64,000 nucleotides of DNA. Origin: Macrostomum lignano. Taxonomy: Eukaryota. Of the stretch, positions 1 through 10,629 are shown piece by piece (position 1 is the stretch's first letter; every line of letters begins with the position of its first letter). The stretch covers positions 1,302,001 through 1,366,000 of the forward strand of contig NIVC01000010.1 in the NCBI GenBank assembly GCA_002269645.1, read 5' to 3'. Made by a program: the position numbers and the translations under genes. Below the pieces are notes generated by a model, which did not search any database, was not told the DNA's origin, and worked only from the letters and a program-made list of their open reading frames with translations.

Positions 1-87
1 ATATCAATTTGTATAGCCATTCACTCTTGGCCTAGTTTTGTTATTATCAATACTAATCTCTATACTTAAAAACAACTCACCCCAAAG

Positions 88-253
88 GCTGAAGCGAGCA
101 GCCAGACGGTCCAAGCGCTACGGCCTGGTGGACGCTGACAAGCTGGAGATGCAGCGGCTTGGCGACGAGGACGATGATGATGACGAAGACATCACCGTGT
201 TCGATGTGAATGGGTCGCAGCAGGCCAGGGATAGGGGCTCTGCTGGTCGATAG
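88..253 (+). CDS. Last coding exon of a FAM174/TMEM157-like membrane protein (gene starts upstream of the window)
   Basis: AG acceptor at 86-87, then RLKRAARRSKRYGLVDADKLEMQRLGDEDDDDDEDITVFDV. This matches my recollection of the FAM174 cytoplasmic tail pattern (R/K-R-K-Y, EM, acidic run, TxFD). Confidence 0.6.
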
Positions 254-480
254 TTCACGCTTTGTTTATCAATCATTTGTTGGCAGTACTGTAGTCATTG
301 TGTATTGAGCGTTTGTTTGGCTGTTGCTGTTTAAGACTGTAAGTTTTGTCTGTTTAAATATAGCTATTGTGCTTGAACTCTGTTTATTTGTTTCCAATCC
401 AATCCGTATTGGATAGTTTTTTGGTTAGAGGTTAGCAATCCAGCTACCTGCTTGCCGCTCCACTTTTCACTGCATTCGCA

Positions 481-1460
481 CCCTTCAGGTTGCTCGTCTG
501 ATACTCCAGACCTGGCAAAACCTTCAGGTTGCTCGTCTAATACCCCAGACCTGGCAAAACCTTTAGGAGTCTGCTACCCCAGACCTGGGAAAACCTTCAG
601 GAGTCTGCTACCCCAGACCTGGGAAAACCTTCAGGAGTCTGCTGCCCCAGACCTGGGAAAACCTTCAGGAGTCTGCTACCCCAGACCTGGGAAAACCTTC
701 AGGAGTCTGCTACCCCAGCCCTGGCAAAACCTTCAGGAGTCTGCTACCCCAGATCTGGCAAAATCCTTTGGGGTCTGCTACCCAGCCCTGGCAAAACCTT
801 CAGGAGTCTGCTACCCCAGCCCTGGCAAAACCTTCAGGAGTCTGCTACCCAGCCCTGGCAAAACCTTCAGGAGTCTGCTACCCCAGCCCTGGCAAAACCT
901 TCAGGAGTCTGCTACCCCAGACCTGGCAAAATCCTTTGGGGTCTGCTACCCCAGATCTGGCAAAACCTTCAGGAGTCTGCTACCCAGCCCTGGCAAAACC
1001 TTCAGGAGTCTGCTACCCCAGACCTGGCAAAATCCTTTGGGGTCTGCTACCCCAGATCTGGCAAAACCTTCAGGAGTCTGCTACCCCAGCCCTGGCAAAA
1101 CCTTCAGGAGTCTGCTACCCCAGACCTGGCAAAATCCTTTGGGGTCTGCTACCCCAGATCTGGCAAAACCTTCAGGAGTCTGCTACCCCAGCCCTGGCAA
1201 AACCTTCAGGAGTCTGCTACCCCAGCCCTGGCAAAACCTTCAGGAGTCTGCTACCCCAGATCTGGCAAAACCTTCAGCAGTCTGCTACCCAGCCCTGGCA
1301 AAACCTTCAGGAGTCTGCTACCCCAGCCCTGGCAAAACCTTCAGGAGTCTGCTACCCCAGCCCTGGCAAAACCTTCAGGAGTCTGCTACCCCAGCCCTGG
1401 CAAAACCTTCAGGAGTCTGCTACCCCAGATCTGGCAAAATCCTTTGGGGTCTGCTACCCC
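481..1460 (+). repeat. 34-bp minisatellite (CCCCAGACCTGGCAAAACCTTCAGGAGTCTGCTA)
   Basis: Tandem units read directly. The ORFs at 452..1600 and 768..1463 are translations of the repeat. Confidence 0.95.
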
Positions 1461-1982
1461 TAAGTTGTTTATTTAAATGCTTCCATTTAAGGTCACCAGC
1501 CAAATTCTACATTCAAGCTTCCATTGCTGTGCAAGTGTCTTTTTATTGTTTTTTTAACAATTGTAAACAAAGGTGGTGGTCATTGTTGTTTAATTTCTGA
1601 GCAGTCGAGTTTTATGAGATTCTTGGTTTAGGACTTTGCGATTTCATTTATTATTTATGTTTTGTTAGTGTGCGTACGAGGATATTATTAACATTATATA
1701 TAAAATGTTTTATATATTCCGGCCCTATAACGACCGTTCGTTTTCGTCTTCCATGTCATTTTCAGTTTGCCTTTTTTGACAGCCACTATCCCGTGATGTA
1801 CCATTGTGAACATGGATGTTTTTTCACAGCCATTTTGCTTGATCTTTGTGTTGTCAGCATCTAGGGAACATTATGAAGTCACGAATTTTTCTTGACACTG
1901 AATTATTATTGGATCTTTTTTGTTTGTGCTGTTTTTCATTTTATTATTTATACCTGTCTAATTCTATCATTGTGTTTAGTGA

Positions 1983-3262
1983 TAGACATGGGAATAGAGA
2001 TGGATGACATGGGAATAGAGATGGAAGACATGGGAATAGAGATGAAAGACATGGGAATAGAGATGGATGACATGGGAATAGAGATGGATGACATGGGAAT
2101 AGAGATGGAAGACATGGGAATAGAGATGGAAGACATGGGAATAGAGATGGATGACATGGGAATAGAGATGGATGACATGGGAATAGAGATGGAAGACATG
2201 GGAATAGAGATGAAATACATTGGAATAGAGATGGAAGACATTAGAATAGAGATAAAAGACATGAAAATAGAGATAAAAGACATGGGAATAGAGATGAATG
2301 ACATTGGAATAGAGATGGATGACATGGGAATAGAGATGAAATACATTAGAGTAGAGATAATAGACATGGGAATAGAGACAATAGACATGGGAATAGAGAT
2401 GAAAGACATTGGAATTGAGATAAAAGACATGGGAATAGAGATGAAAGACATTGGAATAGAGATAAAAGACATGGGAATAGAGATGGAAGACATGGGAATA
2501 GAGATAAAAGACATGGGAATAGAGATGGAAGACATGGGAATAGAGATGGAATACATGGGAAAAGAGATAAACTACATGGGAATAGAGATAAAAGACATGG
2601 GAATAGAGATAAAAGACATGGGAATAGAGATGGAAGACATGGGAATAGAGATGGAAGACATGGGAATAGAGATGGAAGACATGGGAATAGAGATGGATGA
2701 CATGGGAATAGAGATGGATGACATGGGAATAGAGATGGAAGACATGGGAATAGAGATGAAATACATTGGAATAGAGATGGAAGACATTAGAATAGAGATA
2801 AAAGACATGAAAATAGAGATAAAAGACATGAAAATAGAGATAAAAGACATGGGAATAGAGATGAATGACATTGGAATAGAGATGGATGACATGGGAATAG
2901 AGATGAAATACATTAGAGTAGAGATAATAGACATGGGAATAGAGACAATAGACATGGGAATAGAGATGAAAGACATTGGAATTGAGATAAAAGACATGGG
3001 AATAGAGATGAAAGACATTGGAATAGAGATAAAAGACATGGGAATAGAGATGGAAGACATGGGAATAGAGATAAAAGACATGGGAATAGAGATGGAAGAC
3101 ATGGGAATAGAGATGGAATACATGGGAAAAGAGATAAACTACATGGGAATAGAGATAAAAGACATGGAAATAGAGATAAAAGACATGAGAATAGAGATGG
3201 AAGACATGGGAATAGAGATGGATGACATGGTAAGAGAGATGGATGACATGTGAATAGAAATT
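1983..3262 (+). repeat. 21-bp minisatellite (GACATGGGAATAGAGATGGAA) with a 546-bp higher-order duplication
   Basis: Tandem units. The variant block TGAAATACATTGG recurs at 2211 and 2757 (546 = 26 x 21). Confidence 0.95.
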
Positions 3263-3364
3263 GATGACATTAAGACAGAGGGATAAAGAGAGGCCTAAGT
3301 CAGGACGATAGAGACACATACAGATGAGTATGGGCCGGACTATTGCACAAAGCCAAATGCATGC

Positions 3365-5760
3365 ATGGCAGTCGCAGTACCGGACTCGGACGAACCAGTG
3401 GCGACCAGCCGACTGGATGAGTTGAGCAGCCCGCCTCCTCTGCCGCTGCATTCGCCACCGGCTAAACAGCAGCTGCAGCAGCAATCCAGCAATAACAGTT
3501 GCTGCTCAGAAGATGAGCACGATCGCGTAGAAGCATCCGTGGTGTTCTCTCCGCCGCTCTATATTCAGCGCTACTCAACCGTTTGCAATTTATTATCAAA
3601 CAGTTTAAAACATTTCGCAGCGAATTCCGGTAGTAGTGCTACTACTATGAGTAGCTCCGGCATTAAAGTAGTAGATTTTGGCGCCGCCGAATGTAAAATG
3701 TTTCGACGCTGGATTAAGCCGTTGGACTTTGTGACGCAATACATTGCTGTTGATCTGGCCGCTTCTCATGCCGCATTGGCCGAGTCAGCCAGGCACAATT
3801 TGAAGCCGGAGCTGTCTGACTACCTGGCTAAGAGGCGCCTGCCTCTGCACGCCAGGCTCATGTGCGGCAGCGTGTGCGAGCCGGATCCACGGCTGGTTGG
3901 AGCTCACGCTGCCCTGCTTGTTGAACTCATTGAGCACCTGCATCCTAGGGATTTGGATCGGCTACCGGAGCAGGTAATTGTAAAGCTCTGCTGTCTTAGA
4001 AAATCTTCAAATAAACTTTGATTCTTTCTTTTCATCATTCTACTGAAGTCGTCCTTGGGGAGTAAATAAATGTCAGAGAAGTTTCAATGCTATTTATGCG
4101 CAGCAAGTTAAGCAGAGATTGGCCGCGGTTAGTTACGCAACTTACTAATCAATATAGTGTCAGTGAGCGAGTTGAAAATTAAACTGAGCTAGGTTTGGGG
4201 CTGCGAACTCGGCTGCACCGAAGTTTTACTCGTTTTATTTCAAGGGCCAGATAGAGAGAGTCCGACTGCGGGCCAGAAGAGGGTAGAGAGAAGAGGGGAA
4301 TAAAGAAGAGATGGGAGAAAGGGGGGAGACGAAGGAACAGAGGAGATGAGAGAAGGGAGACAAGAAAAGAGAAAAGAAGGGAGAGGAGAGGAGAGAAGGG
4401 AGAGGAGAGAAGGGAGACAAGAAAAGAAGGGAGAGAAGAGGAGAGAGGACAGAAGGGAGAGGAGAGGAGAGAAGGGAGAGGAGAGGAGAGAAGGGAGACA
4501 AGAAAAGAGAAAAGAAGGGAGAGGAGAGGAGAGAAGGGAGACAAGAAAAGAGAAAAGAAGGGAGAGGAGAGGAGAGAAGGGAGACAAGAAAAGAGAAAAG
4601 AAGGGAGAGGAGAGGAGAGAAGGGAGAGGAGAGAAGGGAGACAAGAAAAGAAGGGAGAGAAGAGGAGAGAGGACAGAAGGGAGAGGAGAGGAGAGAAGGA
4701 AGAGGAGAGGAGAGAAGGGAGAGGAGAGGAGAGAAGGGAGAGGAGAGAAGGGAGAGGAGAGGAGAGAAGGGAGAGGAGAGGAGAGAAGGGAGACAAGAAA
4801 AGAGAAAAGAAGGGAGAGGAGGGGAGAAGAGAAGACACAAGCCTTGAGCCGTAGACATAGATTGCTATTGTGAGTTTTAAAGCACCTGAAGGCAGGATAG
4901 AGGCTTTGCAGGCCCCGGAGTTTTTGCCGACCCCTGGTGTACAGCGACCCTGCCGGGCATGTACACTCTCTGTCCCTTCATGGCCATAAATCGCCCGACA
5001 ACTCTTGAGCCATTTTTTGCACAAGCCCGAAAAGAATGTGACTGCGTTTACTTGTTTAAATTCATTTCTTTATCATCAGGTATTCGGCTGTTTGAAGCCG
5101 CGCATAGTGATTGTAACCACGCCAAATGCCGACTTCAATGTTTGCTTCGGCCCGAACTTTGCCGGCTTCCGACATTGGGATCACAAATTCGAATGGAGTC
5201 GTGCGGAGTTCGAGGCCTGGGCAAAGCCGCTGGCTAGTCAGTACTCGTACTCGGTTGAGTTTATTGGCATTGGCTCGCCTCCGGCTGGCATGGAGTCTGT
5301 TGGGCACTGCACTCAGGCCGCGGTGTTCCGCCTGCTGGAGTCGTCCGGCTCCGCCAGCTGCGATGGGGTGGCCAAGGATTGGCCAGAACGGTACACGGTT
5401 GTGTACGAGATTCACTACCCCTACCAGCCGCAGGCGGATGTGCCCAGGTGAGCTATTTTATTTTATATCCGTATTTCACCTTTCATTCATGAATGCTAGA
5501 TACTCGTAAGGGGCTAAGGTCTGACTATTCTTCTACCATAGCTCGCAAAAGTATAAAATTTATTTGGCTAGAAAACACAAAAATTCTACTACTACTACTA
5601 CTTTTACTACTACTACTACTAACACCAATAATACTAATACTACTAATACTAATAGTACTACTAATACTACTTACTGCTACTACTACTAACACCACTAATA
5701 CTAACAGTAATACTAATACAACTACTACTACTACTGCTACTACTGCTACTACTACTACTA

Positions 5761-5793
<33 letters not shown>

Positions 5794-5826
5794 GTACTAC
5801 TACAACTAATACTACTACTACTACTA

Positions 5827-5868
<42 letters not shown>

Positions 5869-5986
5869 TTACTACTACTACTACTACTACTACTACTAAT
5901 ACTACTAATACTAATACTACTACTACTACAACTACTAATACTACTACTACTGCTACTACTACTACTACTACGACTACTACTACTAC

Positions 5987-6031
<45 letters not shown>

Positions 6032-6454
6032 AACTAATAATACTAATACTACTACTACTACTACTACAACTACTAATACTACTACTACTGCTACTACTAC
6101 TACAACTAATAATACTAATACTACTACTACTACTACTAATACTACTACTACTACTACACTACTACTACTTGCAGGGAGCAGCGCCTGGCCGAGGAGGCGG
6201 CCTACTGCGCCCGCAGTCTGCTGGCCTACGAGCGTCGCCGTCGTCGCGCCTCGGCTGCCGCGGCCGGCGAGGACAACGCCGTGTCGGCCGACGCGGCTGC
6301 AGATTGTCGGGTGCAGCTGCAGTCGGTGGTGCGGCACCCGTGCATCGCGCCATTCGAGGCCAGCGCAGTTGAACTGGCCAAGCTGCTGAGCAGCGCCGGA
6401 TTTCTAGTTGACGAGAATTTCGAATGGGTTCGCGAATCAGTTGAGAAAGCCTGA
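3365..6454 (+). CDS. HENMT1: Small RNA 2'-O-methyltransferase HEN1; exons 3365-3973, 5080-5447, 6175-6454 (~418 aa)
   Basis: Motifs KVVDFG (SAM motif I), ELIEHL, IVTTPNADFN and FRHWDHKFEWSRAEF (HEN1 signature). Both introns are GT-AG with matching phases (0 and 2). Stop TGA at 6452-6454. Confidence 0.93.
4262..4838 (+). repeat. Purine-only (GA-rich) low-complexity repeat in HEN1 intron 1
   Basis: GGAGAGAAGGGAGAGGAGA-type units, almost no pyrimidines on the + strand. Confidence 0.9.
5584..6168 (+). repeat. (ACT/AAT)n microsatellite in HEN1 intron 2
   Basis: Trinucleotide run reaching to within a few nt of the 6173-6174 acceptor. Confidence 0.95.
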
Positions 6455-6727
6455 GCTGTCAGTTGAAGAAAATCAAAATGTTCTGTTCGTGTGCGTCTAC
6501 TCTGATGTTGTCTTTTCGCGGCTCTGTCACAGAGGGGCGACAATCTGTTAAATATTGTAAATATTTTTGATATTATCAGTATGCATTGTTTGTTGCTATG
6601 TAATTTTTTTTGTCATTATTTATGTAGCAGAGTTGTCCTCGTTTTGCAATGGTTGAAGAATTTACATTTAAATGAATAATATATCGGCGCCTTTCAACAA
6701 TTTCCCTAAATTGCAGTTTTCCCCAGC

Positions 6728-7460
6728 TAATACCCCAGATATGACATTCAAAGAATAGCCTAAATACCCCAGATATGACATTCAAAGAATAGCCTAAATA
6801 CCCCAAATATGGCATTCAAAGAATAGCCTAAATACCCCAGATATGACATTCAAAGAATAGCCTAAATAGCCCAAATATGATATTCAAAGAATAGCCTAAA
6901 TACCCCAGATATGACATTCAAAGAATAGCCTAAATAGCCCAAATATGATATTCAAAGAATAGCCTAAATACCCCAGATATGACATTCAAAGAATAGCCTA
7001 AATAGCCCAAATATGGCATTCAAAGAATAGCCTAAATACCCCAAATATGGCATTCAAAGAATAGCCTAAATACCCCAGATATGACATTCAAAGAATAGCC
7101 TAAATACCCCAAATATGACATTCAAAGAATAGCCTAAATACCCCAGATATGACATTCAAAGAATAGCCTAAATAGCCCAAATATGGCATTCAAAGAATAG
7201 CCTAAATACCCCAAATATGGCATTCAAAGAATAGCCTAAATACCCCAGATATGACATTCAAAGAATAGCCTAAATACCCCAAATATACCACTCTCAGAGT
7301 CGCTTTAATACCCCAAATATACCACTCTCAGAGTCGCTTTAATACCCCAAATATACCTCTAAGAGTCGCCTAAATACCCCAAATATACCACTCTAAAAAT
7401 ACCCTAAATACCCCAAATATACCACTCTCAGAATAGCCTAAATACCCTAAATACGAGTAT
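6728..7460 (+). repeat. 34-bp minisatellite (TACCCCAGATATGACATTCAAAGAATAGCCTAAA) grading into a related variant after ~7290
   Basis: Tandem units read directly. Confidence 0.92.
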
Positions 7461-7989
7461 ACCTCTAAGAACTGTGCCTAATTAAAACAACGCCCAGATT
7501 AAAAAGGCAGACTAAGAATCGCCCGTCTCGAAAAATCGCCCTAAGTCAGTTGTCTTGACTGGCCTGCAATCCATCAATAGATTTATTTGTCCACCATTTT
7601 ATTTCGACCCCTGTGTTTAAGTCTCCCAACACTGGCATTTTTATGCTCCGTATTATCAGTTTTTTTTCTTGTCTGTCAATTTTAAAAAGCTAAATATTAG
7701 TCGCCATTTTTTTATTTTTGGAGTTACAGTCAGAAAAGTTTCTTTGCTTTATTTTTTTGCTAAAAATATTTTGTCAGTACAAGTTTTCGGCCTTGCTAGC
7801 TAGATTAGGGACGGCGTTGTGGAGGAGAGAGAGGCGGAATGAGACAAGAGAGGCAATGAGAGAAACAAGCGGATATGGACACCGAAGAGCGAGAGGGGTG
7901 GAGAGTCGGGGAGAAAGTGATCATGGAAAGATAGGGGGAGAGAGGTGGCTAGACTCAGGGAGAATCCAGGGAGTCAGGGAGAGAAGCGG

Positions 7990-9270
7990 AGTGTCAGGTA
8001 AAGAGGAGAGGCGGAGAAGAGAGGCGGAGAGAGGTGGAGAAGAGAGGCGGAGATAGGTGGAGAAGAGAGGCGGAGAGCGGTGGAGAAGAGAGGCGGAGAG
8101 AGGTGGAGAAGAGAGGCGGAGAGAGGTGGAGAAGAGAGGCGGAGAGCGGTGGAGAAGAGAGGCGGAGAGAGGTGGAGAAGAGAGGCGGAGAGAGGTGGAG
8201 AAGAGAGGCGGAGAGAGGTGGAGAAGAGAGGCGGAGAGAGGTGGAGAAGAGAGGCGGAGAGCGGTGGAGAAGAGAGGCGGAGAGCGGTGGAGAAGAGAGG
8301 CGGAGAGAGGTGGAGAAGAGAGGCGGAGAGAGGTGGAGAAGAGAGGCGGAGAGAGGTGGAGAAGAGAGGCGGAGAGAGGTGGAGAAGAGAGGCGGAGAGC
8401 GGTGGAGAAGAGAGGCGGAGAGCGGTGGAGAAGAGAGGCGGAGAGCGGTGGAGAAGAGAGGCGGAGAGAGGTGGAGAAGAGAGGCGGAGAGAGGTGGAGA
8501 AGAGAGGCGGAGAGAGGTGGAGAAGAGAGGCGGAGAGAGGTGGAGAAGAGAGGCGGAGAGAGGTGGAGAAGAGAGGCGGAGAGAGGTGGAGAAGAGAGGC
8601 GGAGAGCGGTGGAGAAGAGAGGCGGAGAGCGGTGGAGAAGAGAGGCGGAGAGAGGTGGAGAAGAGAGGTGGAGAAGAGAGGCGGAGAGCGGTGGAGAAGA
8701 GAGGCGGAGAGCGGTGGAGAAGAGAGGCGGAGAGAGGTGGAGAAGAAAGGCGGAGAGAGGTGGAGAAGAGAGGCGGAGAGAGGTGGAGAAGAGAGGCGGA
8801 GAGCGGTGGAGAAGAGAGGCGGAGAGCGGTGGAGAAGAGAGGCGGAGAGAGGTGGAGAAGAGAGGCGGAGAGAGGTGGAGAAGAGAGGCGGAGAGCGGTG
8901 GAGAAGAGAGGCGGAGAGCGGTGGAGAAGAGAGGCGGAGAGAGGTGGAGAAGAGAGGCGGAGAGAGGTGGAGAAGAGAGGCGGAGAGAGGTGGAGAAGAG
9001 AGGCGGAGAGAGGTGGAGAAGAGAGGCGGAGAGCGGTGGAGAAGAGAGGCGGAGAGCGGTGGAGAAGAGAGGCGGAGAGAGGTGGAGAAGAGAGGCGGAG
9101 AGAGGTGGAGAAGAGAGGCGGAGAGCGGTGGAGAAGAGAGGCGGAGAGAGGTGGAGAAGAGAGGCGGAGAGAGGTGGAGAAGAGAGGCGGAGAGCGGTGG
9201 AGAAGAGAGGCGGAGAGAGGTGGAGAAGAGAGGCGGAGAGCGGTGGAGAAGAGAGGCGGAGAGCATCAGA
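7990..9270 (+). repeat. 23-bp purine-rich minisatellite (GGAGAAGAGAGGCGGAGAG[A/C]GGT)
   Basis: Tandem units. All long ORFs here are repeat translations. Confidence 0.95.
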
Positions 9271-10137
9271 TATAGAGGAGAGTTGGAGACAGCTACAGAG
9301 GCGGAGAGAGTCAGGTAGAGGTGGAGAGCTTCGGGTAGAGAGAAGAGGTTGAGAGAGTCAGGAAGAGAGGTGGAGAGCCAGGGGGGGGAGAGGGAGGCAT
9401 AGGAAAAGTCAGAGAAATGCAGAACAAGGATGGACAAGCACTGCATGAATGTGTGCATGATGTTATGCTGCCCTAAGTCCCTTAAAACGCGGAACTATGC
9501 TACTGTACATCTGTCCATTGACAGGCAGGTATTATATTATATTGCTCACATTGATGCCCCAGTCTTTTATTGTATGTGGAGATGGTGTAACTTCCAATTA
9601 ATAAGCAGGAAATCCTGGGGTTAGCTTTGATTTAGAAATTGTCTTTTTACATACTCGTACAGATATGATAATCTGAAATTCATATTTTTGTGTCCCAATT
9701 TTTACCTTGGTCTGTTTTACACATTTCGTCTCTTTCTCTGCTTCTGTGTCTTAAATATTATTATTAGACTCAATTTTGTGACTTCAAATTCTGCATTATA
9801 GAAGTCTTAATCTAAAATGTTCTGAACATTTTACTAAAAGTAGGTTTAGCGTAATTTTTATCTTCTGCTTCTTGTTTGGTGTATTTTCAGAGAGATATAA
9901 AAAATTAGCACCTGCACATAGCTTGAATTTGATTTCGCTTATGAAATATATTTCTATCAAGCTTATATTGCAATATAATAAACCCCCAGTTCATGCACAC
10001 CTTCTGTGTTTAACAGATGCAAGCTTTTGTTTTGTCCCCTCAAATTGTGTTATAAAATATAGTCGGGAGCGAAAGCAACTGTTGTTTTGTTTATTTGCTT
10101 ATTTTGCTGTCTCTGGTTTTATTTTTTGAATTGCGCT

Positions 10138-10570
10138 GGCACCCACTGAAGGATCAGGGGGAATAGCAAGTAGCACCCGCTGAAGGATCAGGGGGGAACA
10201 GCAAGGAGCACACGCTGAAGGATCAGGGGGAATAGCAAGTAGCACCCACTGAAGGATTAGGGGAATAGCAAGTAGCACCCACTGAAGGATCAGGGGGAAT
10301 AGCAAGTAGCACCCACTGAAGGATCAGGGGGAATAGCAAGTAGCACCCACTGAAGGATCAGGGGGAATAGCAAGTAGCACCCACTGAAGGATCAGGGGGA
10401 ATAGCAAGTAGCACCCGCTGAAGGATCAGGGGGAATATCAAGTAGCACCCGCTGAAGGATCAGGGGAACAGCAAGGAGCACACGCTGAAGGATCAGGGGA
10501 ACAGCAAGGAGCACACGCTGAAGGATCAGGGGGAATAGCAAGTAGCACCCACTGAAGGATCAGGGGGAAT
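10138..10570 (+). repeat. 34-bp minisatellite (AGCAAGTAGCACCCACTGAAGGATCAGGGGGAAT) ending ~60 bp before the NSFL1C ATG
   Basis: Tandem units read directly. Confidence 0.93.
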
Positions 10571-10629
10571 GACAAATAATCACTAATCGATCAACCCAAT
10601 TATCATTCGCTGCTTTGCACTGATACGCC

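Noticed and set aside
452-1600. 382-aa and 231-aa repetitive ORFs
   Set aside because: Translations of a 34-bp (non-triplet) minisatellite cycling through frames, with no true ATG context.
4179-5024. Leu/Ser/Pro- and Arg/Glu-rich ORFs
   Set aside because: They lie in HEN1 intron 1 and come from the GA repeat.
5493-6389. Poly-Thr mucin-like and poly-Val ORFs
   Set aside because: (ACT)n microsatellite inside HEN1 intron 2. The real exon 3 is in another frame.
7974-9458. Four ~400-500-aa charged ORFs resembling trichohyalin
   Set aside because: A 23-bp repeat lacking stops in all frames, with no unique domain or splice support.
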